64,000 nucleotides of DNA from the human T2T-CHM13v2.0 reference genome, Homo sapiens (GCF_009914755.1 NC_060938.1); one strand, 5' to 3'; shown: positions 1 through 17,490, numbered from the stretch's first letter. Notes: generated by a model from the sequence alone, not told the origin. Program-made: numbers and translations.

Positions 1-546
1 CTCTGCATTTACCAGCTGTCTGGCCTTGAGAAAGATACTTAACTTAAAACTCAGTCTTCTCAGGTTCAGAATGAGAGCAATCATATCACTAATACCTACC
101 TATACAGTTCTTTGGAAGATTAAACAAAATAATGTATGTAAAGCACGTAGTTAACAATCAATAATATTAGCTATTGTTGTTATTACAGGATTCTCTACCT
201 AAGCTCCCCAAAGTAACTCAAACTTTACATATTAAAATATCAACTGAATGCCCTCATGCTTCTCCTTTTATTGCAGTAATAATCATAATAGCTCTCTCAA
301 GGATTAATTTATATCATTATCCTGTAAGTTAAATATTAGTGACCCCATTTCACATATAAGGAAACTGAGGCTTAGAGAATTACTCTGCTTGAAATGGCAG
401 AAAAATGGCAGTTAGGATTCAAATCTTGGTCCTCTGACTCCAAAGTTTATGATGTTTGGTACCGATATATGACTTCAGTGTTCAATTCCCAAGCCAAAAC
501 CCAGGACATTTATTTTGGATTTCTTCCCTCTCACTCAGCTACATCT

Positions 547-690
547 AGTGGTGTGCTGCAGAACTGGCTTGAATGAAAAAAAATCCCTGATTTGTAGCAT
601 TTGCTGATTTCAAGCTATGAAGGTGACATTACTGAAAAGATGGGCAGAAATGTCTTGAGAGCCTGCATAAGTCAGCTCCAGCACGGCACT
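547..690. mobile_element. hAT-type DNA transposon relic (MER63-like)
   Basis: Imperfect terminal inverted repeats TAGTGGTGTGCTG...CAGCACGGCACTG; internal CCCTGATTTGTAGCATTTGCTGATTTC resembles recalled MER63 consensus. Confidence 0.5.
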
Positions 691-817
691 GGATCCAGTA
701 AGCCCCCAAATCCTCTTAATTTGGGTATAGATCATTTGGTTGAAAGCCATTTGCCAAAACCAACTTAGTCCGAATCAAGTTGGTGAAAGCAACACTGTGT
801 TAAAACAATCTGGTTGA

Positions 818-1132
818 GTCCGGGCACAGTGGCTCATGCCTGTAATCCCAGCACTTTGGGAGGCCAAGGCAGGTGGATCACTTGAGGTCAGGAGTTTGAG
901 ACCAGCCTGGCCAACATGGTGAAACCCTGTTTCTACTAAAATTACAAAAATTATCCAGGCGTGGTGGCAAGCACCTGTAGTCCTAACTTCTCAGGAGGCT
1001 GAGGCAGGAGGATCACTTGAATGCGGAAGGTGGGGGTTGCTATGAGTCGAGATGGCACCATTGCACTCCAGCCTGGGTGACACAGCGAGACTCTGTCTCA
1101 AGAAAAAATAAATAAATAAAAATGAAAATAAA
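818..1132 (+). mobile_element. Alu (S/J type), full length
   Basis: Dimeric Alu with A-rich tail; TSD TAAAACAATCTGGTTGA / TAAAGCATTCTGGTTGA. Confidence 0.95.
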
Positions 1133-2524
1133 GCATTCTGGTTGAAAAGGAATAACATTCAGTGATAAGCTGCAGATTTTTTCTCTTTTTGTCTTTTATT
1201 CCCTCTACTTTTTCCCTAAATAAATTTTGGCCAATTAGTCCCCTGGATATCCAACTGTAGGCTATTAGTTCCAATGTTTTAATCTTGTGAACGTCCACTC
1301 CCATTACCCTTCACCCTCCATGGTCCAGCTTTACTGTACATCCTTCGGTTCTCACAAATGTTATGGTTGCTTCACCTCTAGGTCTGTGCCCAGGCAGTAC
1401 TTCAACCTAGAATGTCTATCCCTCCACTCCACCATCTTTGCCTGGCTGACTCCTGTCCCTTCACTTTCAGTTTAGGCATCAGCCATGGGAAATTACTTGG
1501 AACAGACTAAATGTGAAACAATGGGAATTAGATTGGAAGAGTACAAATGTCCAACAATTGGCAGATTATGTAAATGAACTGTGCTGGTTTTCAAAACGTA
1601 GATGGTGTAATCTATTTTGGTAGGGAAGAATGCACATCTACATGGAAAAGAATCTAAAAAGTTAGTGTCTAGGGGGTTTTGCAGTGGTTTTCTAAATGTG
1701 AGTGGGATTGTGGGAGGTTTCTTTGCTTGTCTGTAGCTTCCGTAATAAGTATGCATTGCTTTTGTAACAAGGAAATCTGTTTTTTTTTTTTTTTTTTTGG
1801 TAAGATACTCTTATTGCTAATATCTTGGTATTCCACCTGTTCATTATTATAATCAATTTGGGACAAGGATTACTGGCTGACTATTCACTGGATAGAAAAA
1901 GAACCTAGAAAATAATGGAAAACAGGTCATATTTAAGAACACGTAAGTCATCATATGGTGCACAAAAATGACCAGAAATGAAGAAACCAGATACCCAAGA
2001 GATTGACTTTCAACTGAAGTGTAATTTCAGCAGGATTAATGGGTTAACTAGATTATATTTAGATAAATTCTATGCTATCATTAATTCTACCACCTTGAGA
2101 ACTCTAGTGAATCTTTTATTTTCTCTGTTCCATTTCTCTTGTTCTCAGGTTAGGAAAGCAATCCAATCTCTTGGAGTACACAAGCCCCCTAATTACCATC
2201 AGAGCTCTACCTAGATCTTGGCATCTCTTCTGCCACATGTTCCTCTCCTCCCCACCCCTACTAGACTACCCCCTGCCTCCCGGCCAGCCACATGCTCTCT
2301 GCTGCAGTGATGCAAACTTCACATTCCTGAATGTGTCATGTAGTTTCAATTCTCTAAGCCTCTGCACATACTATGTTCTCTGAAATGATTTTAGAACACA
2401 TGGTCCTGTGCACACACACACACTGTGATACAGTATAATTAATATTAGCACACCATGGAGTATTAATATTAATCCTACCTGCCTTACAGACACCATGTGT
2501 CTTCCTTACCTTGGCATTCCGAAT

Positions 2525-2711
2525 GTTTCTAGACTGTGCGACCCACAGTGTGGTCTGCACACCAGTAATATCATATGGGAGCTTGTTAGATGCTAATTTT
2601 AGGCCCTACCACAATATCTACCAAATCAGAAACTCTGAGGATGGAGCCCAGGAGGGACATTTTAAAGGCCTTCCAGGTGATTCTTATGCACATAAAGTTT
2701 GAGAGGTGCTG
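2525..2711. mobile_element. MER5A-like hAT-Charlie MITE
   Basis: GGGAGCTTGTTAGATGC...AATCAGAAACTCTG...CCAGGTGATTCTTATGCACATAAAGTTTGAGA motifs. Confidence 0.7.
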
Positions 2712-4496
2712 CTCTGCATAATTGTTAACATTGCCTGGATGAACTAATAGATGATTAAAAACTTGGGAAACTCCTTTACATTTGTTTTAAACCTACCTCC
2801 ATTCTAAGCCCTTGCTTTTGTATGTGTAAGTCCAGATATGTATGTATGTGTGTGTGTATGAATTAATGAATCAATAACCAATCTTGTCAAAATGTCCAGT
2901 GAAATTTTATTTAATTATTTGATCACTGTAGGACATTTAACTTTCACCTCTAAAAAGGGAAAAGAGGAAGTTAATAGAGGATTTCACGCTACATGGCCTC
3001 ATTTATTATTAGTTAGTTGGTTAGTGGCTTCTTGGGATTTAGTAAGCTAAATCTGTATTATAATTCCTAATTTTGGAAGGAGAAACTGAGCCCTAGGAAG
3101 TTAAACACTCAGTATCTTGCCTAGGACCACACATCAATTTAGTGGGAAGCCTAGGCCCAGGCTGAACAGACTCAGAATTCCAATTTGTTGCTCATCCACT
3201 GAGCCAACAGTGTTCATCTACCTTTAGTTATATTATAGGAATTAACTTACTAGAGAGCCCTTGGAAGGTTACAGTAAACACTTTATTTTGTAGTCAGGTA
3301 ATTAAATGTGTAAAGGTCCCTTACCCTCTATCCAGCCATTACCTATAGGACATTCCTATTTGGCCAGAAGTGATTTATTGGCTTTGTAATATAGGCAGCC
3401 TTTGTACATCTCCCTCTGTAGCTGCTGAAATCTTGGCTTGCACCCAAATGCCCCACTTGGGTTTTGTTCAGAAAAGATTTCCTCCAGCTGCTTTATTTGT
3501 TCCACGATTACATGTATGAGCTTCCAGAATGTATAAGATCACAAGTCAAATGAAGGGCTTCAGCTCCCAGTTCACAAAAAGAGAGAAAATTTGAAACCAA
3601 GGAAAAAACAAAACTTGGCTAAATGAAGGGCTAAGCATAAATGAGGCTGAATAGTATTCCTGCTAAAAGGTCAGCACATGCTAAAATGCTCAAGGAAAAC
3701 AGACACTATAGGGTAATCATAGGATCTTTGTGCTATATTTATGGTCACACTGGCAAAGGGATTCAGACTTCCACTTTAGCATTGACAATTTGGGGCAAAG
3801 CAAGCTGAGAGAAACGAAAAGCAAATTTGGATCTAACAATAAACAAAACAACCATATAAACAGGGCTCCTGTTTTAAGAATTGGAAGACTATATTCCAAA
3901 ATGAAATTTAGACGTCCTGGAGATTGGCCATCATTCAAGTCAGGAGCTTTGGGATCATCATAAAGAGACGCGGGTCTAAGGCAAAAGGCTAAAGTAAAAG
4001 GAAGAGGGATGGCAGTTATTTGCAGCAGACGGAAGAGTCACCAAAGAACATGCAGAGAGAGACCTACAGGTCATAGGGCACGAAAGGAAGATGATCTCTA
4101 GTACAAAAGTGGAGAGTTTGCCAAAGGATACCATCGAATGCCAAAAGAGTCTTTGGAAATTTAAAAAGAAAACCTGAAGTTGGTTCCATGAATCTCAAAA
4201 TAAATACTGGAAAATACTTAGGAGTGGACAGAGGCCCTAACATCAGTTGTGCTTCCAACACATCACACGTTTATTTGCTGTGATTAAGTTTACAGGATTC
4301 AGGAGAACGCAGTCTTGTTGTATCATAGATGGGACAACTGTCATATGCAAAGAAGATCAAACACAATGAGACCTTCAGAAGATTATGCATAAGCAGTGAA
4401 GATACTCTTATTTGAAGCAATCTGGACCAGAAGTTAATCAGTTAATCTTTAAAAGTCTGTTATAAAGGGAAAACCACACACAAAATGGAGACACAC

Positions 4497-4737
4497 TGTT
4501 GTGGATGCTGTAGTGTACCACTCAGATCCCCCAGCTGCTGGAGTGTTACCTGCTGATTGTTCTCAGCTAAGAACCTCCTGAGACTCACGCTCAGCCAAAG
4601 AAGTTCGCCTTGTTCGAGGTTATGCCCCTCCCCTGGGGAGCAGCCCACATCCAAGGTCTGATCAACACAGGAGGACAAGTTCCAATGGCCTCAATCTCCA
4701 TCTGTGAGTCTGTTCCCCAGGAGCCTAGCCCAAGATA
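4497..4737 (+). mobile_element. LTR16-like ERVL solo LTR, internally deleted
   Basis: TGTTGTGGATGCTGT...CAGATCCCC start and AATCTCCATCTGTGAGTCTGTTCCCCAGGAGCC end resemble LTR16A/C. Confidence 0.55.
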
Positions 4738-7370
4738 CGTACACAACTTAAATGTTTCATTTTAAACTTAAAATAAGTTTCCTATCTTGGTTTCCTGAAA
4801 TTATGAAAACTTAACGACCACTGGGAAACAATCTCGATGTGGACTCTTTCTAGATGTTTTATTCCTCGCACACCTCAATCTTTAACAGCTATTTTATCCA
4901 CAGCTAATGTGACATATTTTTAAAAGCTTTAACTGTATTAAAATATACATAATATAACATTTACCACCTTAGCCATTTTTAAGTCCAGTCACATTGCTGT
5001 GCAACCATCGTGCAACCCACCCATCTCCTGTCCCCTGTCCCCATCCAGAACTCTCCTCATCTTGGAAAATGGAAACTCTGTACCCATTGAACCCCAACTC
5101 GACATTCCTACCTTCTCTCCAGCCCCTGGCAACCACCATTCTCCTTTCAGTCTCTACAAATCTACAGGTACCTTAATGAGTAATATTTTGTTAAGTCTTT
5201 CCATAGCCTTCAAAGTTCATTTTCAGGAAAAAGCTGCTGTCTTTTTATACTTTTACATTCCATCTGTTTGCCTGATATTTAATTAAATTACATAATTACA
5301 ATAACAAGTTCAACTGGCACAAATAGGCTTGGGAACAAACACAAGCAACAAATAACATAAACAGGTTTGGCAGCAAATAAAGTCAGCTAATTGGAGTAGA
5401 AGTGCCTGAGCATACTAGAGAGAAGCCAGTTACAGTTCACCACGTCGTGGGCATTCACTGGACTGCTCGGCAAAGGGTCTGGAAGCTTCCTTTAATCTGA
5501 TGAATTGGTTAAGAAAGCTTCCTCTACTATATAAAAATATATATTGTTAGCATTTATTGAGTACCTACTATGTGCCAGGCATTGTGCTATGCATGTAACT
5601 TGCATTATGTCACTGAATGCCCATAATCCTGTGAGGTGAATATTACCATCATTCTCATTTCATGCACCAAGAAGCCTAGGCACAGAGAGGCACCTAAGCA
5701 ACTTACCCAAAGTCACACCACTAGGAAGTGGTGAGGCTGAGATTTTCAAGGCAGTGTGACTCCAAAGCCTGTCCTCACTTCACCTGCCACACTGGCTCTT
5801 GAAATGAATATTAAATAAAAGGGATACCAAGAATAAAAATGCAGAAGTGATCCTTTGTTTTCTATGGCATCATACAAAATGACAAAATATGTCACATCCA
5901 ATTTCTTTAAAAGACTGTAATTTAACAAACAAGGGTGTACTTACATCCTCACAACAAAAGAATGTAGGTAGTACAATCTGCAATTGTTATTTGTTTACAT
6001 AGGAATGATTTTGGATAATTAAAGACAGAAGAGTTAGGCAATATTTGTAAGGAAAGAACTGAAGTCAGACATCTTAATTATGCTCTCAGATTAGCACAAA
6101 AAAGAGAATAAGCTACAAATGAAAAAATGGAAAGTTTATAGACTATAATAACAGCTAAATGTGTTACATCTCAGGACAACTCTTTGAATCAAAAAGAGAG
6201 AGAGCAAGAGTGCCAGCACATCTAAAATGATTCAGAGTCAGATAGCAAGTGCTTAATTAGAGAGGTCTCATTACAACCATCTGTTTCAACACCCATATGG
6301 AAAAAGCCAAACTATGGTTTTAGTAGAGGTATTTCCCCCGAGAAGATAAGCATGAATTTGCGGTTGTCTCTCAAAAAAAAAAAAAATGACATCTCAAAGC
6401 AGATACAAACACATTTTTTTAAAGAGGCATTTAAGATTGCCAAATCCTAATGAGTAAAAGCAAGCTCCATGTAATGGCCCATAGGAGAGCTGGGCAGAGA
6501 GAGGTGCCCGCATCCTACATACAGGGCAATGTGGTAGCTCCTCTCCACATCCACTAGCAAGAGGCTGCCCATTGCTCCCCTCCTCATTCAGGATACTAAG
6601 CTATAAAGACAGCAGCAGAGATTCCCAACAAAGCCGCACACAGCCAAGAAAGTCCTCTGCAGCAGTTGGCTCTCTTCAGTACCGGCAATCCATGAACTGG
6701 ACATCATCAGATACATGCCTACGATCCAGCTGTCTCCCAGATGTCCCCAGACAGTTGCTCTTTCACGGAGCCATCTAACCTCAATGCACATTTCTTGATA
6801 AAATATCTTCCCTAATTGTCCAAAAGACACCTTAAATACTTGAATACACAGCCCAAATTGCCCCCATAGTGAACCCCACACCTGCTCCTCCTCCCCTGTC
6901 CCCTGCCATACTGAATGGAGCTACCATTCACTCAGGCTCCCAGGTCTCCTCAACTTCTCCATGTCCATCCACCGTGCATCCTGTCACCACGATCCTGTAG
7001 ATTTAGGCATGAAATATTTGAATGCACCTGCTCTTCCACCACTACTTTAGCTTAGGGCCTAGACTCTTGCATTGGGGCCTCTTAAGAGTGATCAGGAAGT
7101 CTCAGTAGCTTGGTCGGGGGTTTGATACACAATCTCCTCATTTACTGAGCTCCAACTTCCTATCTAAATATGATGTTCAATTCTTGCATCACCCAGGTCA
7201 GAATCCCTGGAAAAATGGGAAAGAAAAAAGAGGACTTTCCCTTACTTAGCACTTTAGGCATGAGGAAATTTCAGTGTCCCACTTACAGAATGAAGAACAT
7301 CAGGTAATACCAAAAGTTCTTTTGTAGCCTGAATAGGACAGCTTCTTTTTTTTTTTTTTAATAAATGTTA

Positions 7371-9035
<1,665 letters not shown>

Positions 9036-10217
9036 AAGCCAGCTTATTTTCAAGACCCTTTTATCCAATCAACAGACTGTTTCCTTTTGGCAGTCTCTTA
9101 AACTACAGTGATTCATTCTGGGCAAAGACAGAAATGCCTCCTAAGTAATTTCTCCTAGCTGAGAACTACAAGGATACTACTTGGGGCTCCCAACACAGTT
9201 CCCTCCTAGAGTTCTCCTGGGTGCATCTGAACTGAAGCAGAAAATATAGACCTGGCTTTGAAGCTCAAACTCTGCCACTTACTAACTATGGGCTGCACTC
9301 AAGTTTTCCAATCCTCTGAGTGTTATCTTTCTTACAGAGAAAAAGAAGATAATGGTATTTACTTATAGGCTTGTTAAACTCAACCACAAATAATAAAAAT
9401 CAACTAAGGGCCAGGCATTGCCTTGCTCATCTGGATTCAAAGACGCATTTCACAGCTCTGCCCTTTGGGCACTCCCAGTCAAGTGGCAAACAGATACAGA
9501 CCAAAAAGTGCTATAATCATGACGCACGAAGACGGAAAGACTGGTTGGAGGATGAAGAATTGAAAGAAAACTTACTTGAAATGAGGTAATTATGTAAAAA
9601 CACGGTTCCCGATGCCTGGCTCACTTTATAAATGCCTTTGGGTTGATTTTTTTTAACACCCTATAGCTGTTACTGACCTGGTCTTTCTTTTTTTTTCTGA
9701 AAGTTCCTATAAAAAAATCACCAATAAAATGCTGGATGGTCATTGGTTCCATTTTTGGAGAAGCTCCTGAGTAACTGTAAGATGCCTTCTCTGAAGCTCT
9801 GTCATATCTGGCACTTGCTCCTCTAATCCTAGGTGAATGCTGTGGAATTGGCCCTCACCAGTTCATCTAGAAACTGGGCAGCTTTCTTAAATTTCTTTCC
9901 ACCTTCAATAAGAAGGCTTCTCAGAAACAATAAGTTCTGAATTATGGTCTAGACAGGAAAAGTTTGTAGTCTGGTGTGCAGAGAAAATGATATCTTTTTA
10001 TTCTAATACTTCATGATTTTTTTACTACTGTATCTCATTATCTTATACAAGAGAATAAAAAGAAAGTAGGCCCTAGAAATAATAAAGTAGAAACCAGAAA
10101 TTCTGATATCCAGCTTCTACTCATGGAGAAGAAACTACATAAATAACTTGGATCACAGATGCTTTCAGACCCTGGACAAAGCATCTAAGGTAGCAAACAG
10201 AATCTAATGGTACAGGC

Positions 10218-10636
10218 TGTGGCAGTTTTAAACTATGTCCACAAATGCTTTGATGTTCCTCCCTTCAAGAGTAGAGCCTGACAGCCTTTCCCCTAAACGT
10301 GGGCAATGGGGCTACTTCTAGGCTCTCCCTCTCCTGGCTCTCTTGCCATGTGGTGAAGACACTCAAGCTGCCCTGATGACAGGGCCATGTGGTAAGAAAC
10401 TGAGGCCTCCTGCAGACAGGCACTAACTTGCAGGCATCTGAGTGAGCCACCTCGGAAGCCTTCAGATGACCAATACCTTGACTGTAACTTCGTGAGAGGA
10501 CATGAACTAGGACGACCCAGCAAAGCCACTCCCAGATTCCTGACCCACAGATACTGGAGAGATACTAAATGTTTATTGTTTTAATCAGCTGAGTGTCAGG
10601 GAAATTTGTTACTCAGCCACAGATAACTAAAATGCA
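10218..10636 (+). mobile_element. MLT1 (F/G-like) MaLR solo LTR
   Basis: TGTGGCAG start; GGAAATTTGTTACTCAGCCACAGATAACTAA end typical of MLT1. Confidence 0.7.
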
Positions 10637-10667
10637 GGTCAACAGGCTAATAGGCTATAAATGATGA

Positions 10668-10959
<292 letters not shown>

Positions 10960-12226
10960 AATGATGAGGTTTTTGTATTCAGGATGGCATAGTTTTCTTA
11001 GTTAAAAAACAATTATCTTAATTGCTTTCTCTGGAGCATAGAAATACGATATACATAAGAGTGGGTGGTGTGGCAACACCGAAGTTCACACTAGTTCTCC
11101 TTTATTCAGCACGTCACATCCCTCACCCCAAAGAAAGAAACTGTAGTTTAAAATACTAGAATTATATGACTCAAAAGAGTGGTGGATTGTCACTTATTAA
11201 GAAACAATTTAAAATAAGGCCTATGGTAAGGCAGTAATAATGAAAGCAAATATCTTATCACGAAATTGTAAAAATCAGGCAAATAAAGCAGAGTAGTCCT
11301 AGCCAAAATTATTAGATAACAATGAGCTCTGAATTTTATCAGATCTGGTGGTTTGGGCACTTACATAATTTCACTTATTTAAAACTATAACTTGGTATGG
11401 GTAATGTGAATTAGTCTTTAAAGGTCCAAGGTTTTAGATCTGCAAACAGAAGAAAGGGCATTTTCCTCTCATTTATTATTTATTACTTTTCTCTAGAGTT
11501 AAATTCTCTTATTCACAAATATTTCTTGTATATCTAATTTCTGCCAGAATCAGAATGGGAATGAAATGGCAGAAACCATAGTCTGCCTCCTCAAGGAACT
11601 CACGGAGGAGAGACTTGTGTTTCTCACATGAGCATGACCTGTGGCGGAATTTTACAGTAGGAATGTATAGGCCTGTTCCTACAAACTCAAATGCCAAAGG
11701 CAGGGGAGTAGGACCTGGAGATCTCTGTTTCTGATGTTTAGTCAGTGTGGAGAACCACCAGGGTGGACAATAATACAACACAGTCCATTTACTCTGTCAT
11801 CAAATATTTATGGAGCACCTGAGCTGTACCAGAGGTGCTAGGTGCCAGGGATGCCACTGTATGCCAAAAAAACAGGTAGCCTGAGGTTAGGAGGGTAAGA
11901 GAGTTGGGCACATGAAGGGAGAAGTAAGGCTGTTCCATCATAGACAGAGGAAACAGGCAGAGGAGGGGGCATGAGGAACACTCTGATCACGTCTGCAAAT
12001 GTGGAGTCATACCATGCAGTAGGCTTGATTAGTGGAAGACAGAATATATAGTATAGCCATGCATTCTGAGCTTTTTTATTTGAATGAGACCAAATTGGCC
12101 CTCTGATACCGTCTTCTCACTTCATTGCTGAGGAACTCTAGATGTTGATCTCCTCACAGTCAAGCCCCAAAGGAGGGAACAGAACCTAGGTCCTATGACT
12201 CTGGTTCTAACGTGCTTTTTCCTTTA

Positions 12227-12576
<350 letters not shown>

Positions 12577-13758
12577 TCAGGAACCAGAACAAGGCCAAAG
12601 TACATTTCTCAACCATTCTAAAAAGCTTGTGTTGTTACTATAGGCATACTACCTCACATGCTGTCAATCTGGGGTGTTTTCAAAAAGATATAATCAACCA
12701 AGAAAAAGTAAGGTAGATGTGAAAAATGTCTTTGAAGATATTTCAGTTGCTACTGTTAGAAAATGTTTGAATTTAAACTCTACTAGGCATAAAATAAGCT
12801 TATAGAAAACATTAGTTTTGGAATCTGAATCAATGACCCAGAAATAAATCTTGGAGAGGGATAAGTGAAATTCTGAAAGAGTGGAATCAAAGAATATCAA
12901 ACTATTATTTCCAAATGGTTTGTAAAAATAATGTTTCTGGGTTACAGTGTGAAAACAGGTACATTTTAAATCTCCAGGTATTAATAATATACTGGCATTT
13001 TGTAACATAATGCTAGTCAGTTAAGGAGTAAATTTCCTTCCAAGGGGTTTATTACTTGAAGTGACTGAAGGATCTTGTTTTACAGTCTCCCCAGTAACAC
13101 AAATTCTTCTCCATTTTCAGGGCCTTTGCCATCTGGTACCCACTTCCACTACTTTTCTGAAGTTACTCAAAGGTCAACATTTTGTCCTTCTCCTAAACAA
13201 AACCAAACTCAGACCTCTTATTTCTTGACTTTTCTGTTCTTCTTGTCATCTTGAAACACTGTCTTCTCTTTGCTTCCATGAAACTGTAAGTTCCCGGTTC
13301 TCCTCTGACATTCCTTTTCTGGCTTTCCTCCTATCCACTGACATCCTCTAAAGCCTCTGCCTATTACACTTCTCTTTCTCACCATCCATTTATACTAATA
13401 TGACACCATGATTCCCTACTCACCTAGGCTCTCCATCCTTGGAACTAACCTTGACAATTCTCTTCACATTGCTTCCCAATATCCAATAAGCTACTGAGGC
13501 TACCTGATTCTGTGTTAAGATTTGACCTTCCCTTTCTAAGATTTGACTTAGCCTTCACATGTCTACCTCCTTTACCCTAGAAACAAGACCTCATCACTTA
13601 AGCCTCGGTCAGTTACTTAGTTCTCTGGTATCTGCTGCAGCCTGCAAACAGATGAAGACCTTTCTCATCATGTCCCTTCCTTGCCCAAGAATTAGTACAT
13701 GCCCTGCTGAACCCAATCCCAGTGGCCCTTACCTGCAATGTCATTCCCCTTTGCAAGT

Positions 13759-14129
13759 TGCTATGGTTTAAATGTGTCCCCCAAATTTCATGTGTTGGAA
13801 ACTTAATCCCCAAATTTATAAACTGATTAGGAATGTGGTCTTTTGGAGGTAATTGGGATTACATAAGACCATCAGGATGGGGCCCTCATGAGAGGACTAT
13901 TGGCTTTATAAAAAGAGGAAGAGAGACCTGAGCTGACATACATGCTCTTGTCATCTCTCCATGTGATGCCTTCTGCCATGTTATGATGCAGCAAGATGGT
14001 CCTCTCCAGATGCTGGTACCATGTTCTTGGACTTCCCAGCCTCTAGAACTGTGAGAAATAAATTTCTTTTCTCTATACATTGCCAAGTCTCAGGTATTCA
14101 GTTATAGCAACAAAAAATTGACAGAGACA
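13759..14129 (+). mobile_element. MST-type MaLR solo LTR
   Basis: TGCTATGGTTTAAATGTGTCCCCCAAA start; GGACTTCCCAGCCTCTAGAACTGTGAGAAATAAATTTC and GTTATAGCAACA near end. Confidence 0.85.
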
Positions 14130-16611
14130 CAAACCAAATTTAATTCTTTGTCCAAAATTAAACATGAAATTCCTTCTTGGATGAATCTTTCCTTACCTAA
14201 TCTCCTTCCACAGTGAATTTTAGTTTCCTTAGCAGTCACATCTGGATCACACTCTCTTGCACTTGCTGCAACTAAAAGCCAGCTCTTATAGAAACCATGG
14301 TATTGCGGGACCAGCAGAAGGGTCTCCACAAATGTTTGCTAAATTGAATTGAATTATATTGCAGCTCTGCCAAAGTTCACTTTTAATTATATAAAGATGG
14401 AAAGAAAATAGAAAGCACATCCTGTTTCAACTGTAACAGTTATTATTTTAATTTCTTAAACAGTAATAATAGAAACAGATACTAAAAGCATTTTTTTTTA
14501 TTAGAAAAACCACTGGGACAAAAATCTTTTAAACATTTTTGTTAGTTTTCTTTCCTGTAACACTTTTGATATATTTTATCACTCTGAATATAGAGGGGAT
14601 TTTTGGCACCTGAGGAGCTGAGGATTGATGACAATGGGCAGTCTCACACATGTGAAGGATGAATTGTGTCCAGAAAACTGTGGGTCAGAGACATATTTTC
14701 CAAATGGGAAATGAATTCTGACAGAAAGCTACCTGGTGGGAAATGAAGGATGACTTTGAAAAGCTAGTAATCATGATCAGATTTTAGTTGTGTTGACTAG
14801 TCTGAAATACACACATGGAACTACAATACATAAGTTGTTCTTAAAAGAACTGAATTATGCAGAAGAGGAACAAAAGATCTTGTAAAATTTGAGCATTCAC
14901 AGCATCAAACATGTTAATGTATCATAGATAACAACTCTGACTTACAAAATAACTGATGTCTGAGAGCACTTTAGTAGGTTTCTAAATCTTACCTCCTGGA
15001 GAAGGTAAGACAAAGTTAGCTCTGAGTTAGGTAAAACTAGCAGGAAGCTGCTATAAGAAGATAGATTGTTCAAAATCATAAGTAAAATTACAATTATACA
15101 TATGTACTTACATCTAATTTCCTCTGCATTATTTCTTTCTACTCATATGTGAAATGTTTCCATACGTTTACTAAGCATTTAATGTGCATCTTCTATGTGC
15201 CAAGCACTATCCAAAGCTCCAGGGAGTTGATGATCTCTGTCTAAAAGGAATTCACAGCCACCTAGGGGAGTTCACAGACTTAGTAGAAAAAAAAAATGAA
15301 GAGTAAAGGACAGGAAATAACTAAAAGGGAAGAAATAATATGAAATGGAAAATTTTAGGTTTAATCCTAAATTTATTAAACTAAGAATAATCCAACAACT
15401 CAATGTTAAAGAAAGCCAGCTAAGAACTCTGCCAACTTGATGATAGTCAGATTCAGAAGTGATCTATATGACCAACTCCTAACAATTCTACAGGAAATAT
15501 TACACAATAAAGAAAATCTTGGAATTAAGCAGCATACTCCATAATTTTAAGAAAAATAGAATGAAATTCAACTGCAAAAGCAAACTTGTTTGACCACCTG
15601 GGATGTTCTCCCTTTCCTTGCCAACATCTGAGCCTCTCCCATCCTCTGCAGGCTTTCTCCTCTCACCCCAGCAACTGCTCCCCCTTTTCTAAACTCATTG
15701 TTGGTTTGCCTGCTGGCACTAGGTAGTGAATGAACTGCTACTTTTTATTTTCCATGTTATTTGCTTTTCTTCCCAAAGAGATCATATGCTGTTCCCTGAG
15801 GAAAGGAAGTGTGTCTTCTACTTCTCCGTATCCCCAGCAATGGGGATGCACCCTGCACATGATAAATGTTTGTTGAGCATATGCTCATTTTATGTTCATA
15901 TATCTGTGAATATTAATGAATACAGTTGGTTGAGAAAAAAAGGACCTAGGATGAAAAATTGGCAATGCTACACATTTTGCCTGATTTTGAAGTATTTCTG
16001 AAGAATTCAATACAGCCTGTACTAACTAGTCAAGTAAAAACTAAAAAAAATCCCAGTATTTTTAAAACTGAAAATTCATGTATTCTGAATTTTAAAAACT
16101 CTTTAAACTTAGATAAGATAGCAAACAAAAGATCATCAAACTTTTCTTTAACCAATAACCCTTATTTGCATCTTCTTCCACTTCTCTCAAGCTTATTTAT
16201 AAAATTATTCTAATATAACCAATGAGGAACACTACTTAATTTTTAAATAACTAGTTCTAAATAATGCATAATGGTCCTAAACAAACAGGATCTACATGTT
16301 TATGGAATTCCATCCCCAACACCCACATACTTAGCCAATTTTAAATGTCCTGGATCCAAGCTCAAATGCACTCCCTTTAACACAGGAGTATGTCAGAGGC
16401 AAAAATAATTGCATAACTGAGCCATACTAACAAATTAGTGATTATATGAATGAGTGTCATGGGCAAGGCTAGTACAGGAAGCACAAGTTTCAGGAACTGT
16501 TGGATGGCCTGACGGTCTACCCTAAAAACAATTCCTCTCCCATCTGTTTGCTGATGCCCATGTTTCTTTCTCTTTTTCCCTTTTCTTTCCTTTTTCCTTT
16601 TGTTTCCTTCC

Positions 16612-16916
16612 TTTTTTTTTCAGATGGGGTCTCACTCTGTTACACAGGCTGGAGTACAGTGGTGCAATCATGGCTCACTGCAGCCTTGACCTCCTGGGCT
16701 CAACTGATCCTTCCACCTCAGCCTCCCAAATAGTAGCTGGGACTACAGGTGCACGTCAACATGCCCAGATAATTTTTGTTTTGTTTTTTGTTTTTTTGTA
16801 GAGACAGGGTTTTTTCATGCTGCCCAGGCTGGTCTCGAACTCCTGGCCTCAAGTGATCTGCCTGCCTTGGCCTCCCAAAGTGCTGGGATTACAGGCGTGA
16901 GCCACTATGTCCAGCC
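16612..16916 (-). mobile_element. Alu (J-like)
   Basis: Reverse dimeric Alu. Confidence 0.93.
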
Positions 16917-16999
16917 ACATTTCTTTAATATTAAATTAACAGACTAAATACTTAAAATACAAATATCCCTATGCGTCAGTGTTGTTTGGTGCTTCCCTA

Positions 17000-17490
17000 G
17001 AGCTGACTCAACCTTGTGCCCATTCTTGGTCTCCAGGGTCCCTGTGATTTGGGAGAGAAGGATCCACCCACAGCTCCAGAGATTATACTCCACCAATCAG
17101 CAGGATGCCCTCAGTGACTAGTTCTCAGATTATTAGATACTCCTGGACCTAATAATTGGCTCAGGGGTGTCCCACAACCTTAGAGAGAAGCCAAGGGCTT
17201 GTGACCGTCCTGAGTAGAGCAGCACTTTCAGCTCAGGTTGGTGAGGTTACGGGTGTGAGGCCGGGAGCCGCTGCAGTCAGTGCTGCATCCTTGGTGGGAG
17301 TCAGTCCAAGATCACCACTGACACGGGGCAAGGGCAAGGCTGAAAGAACATCAGAGACCTGCGGCCAGGGGCCAGATCAAATTGCACCAGAGGCAGTCCC
17401 ACTTCTGCATGGTTCTGTTGTGAGAGTCAACGAATTCCTTTTATCACCTAAAGCAGCTGGAGTTACAATCAGCCATACATTATAACCTGG
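17000..17490 (+). mobile_element. Old ERVL-class LTR (LTR16/LTR33-like), boundaries approximate
   Basis: 3' end GTGAGAGTCAACGAATTCCTTTTATCACCTAAAGCAGCTGGAGTT resembles this LTR group. Confidence 0.4.

Noticed and set aside
3700-4480. Possible decayed coding or ancient transposon sequence
   Set aside because: Could not match it to any protein or repeat family from the sequence alone
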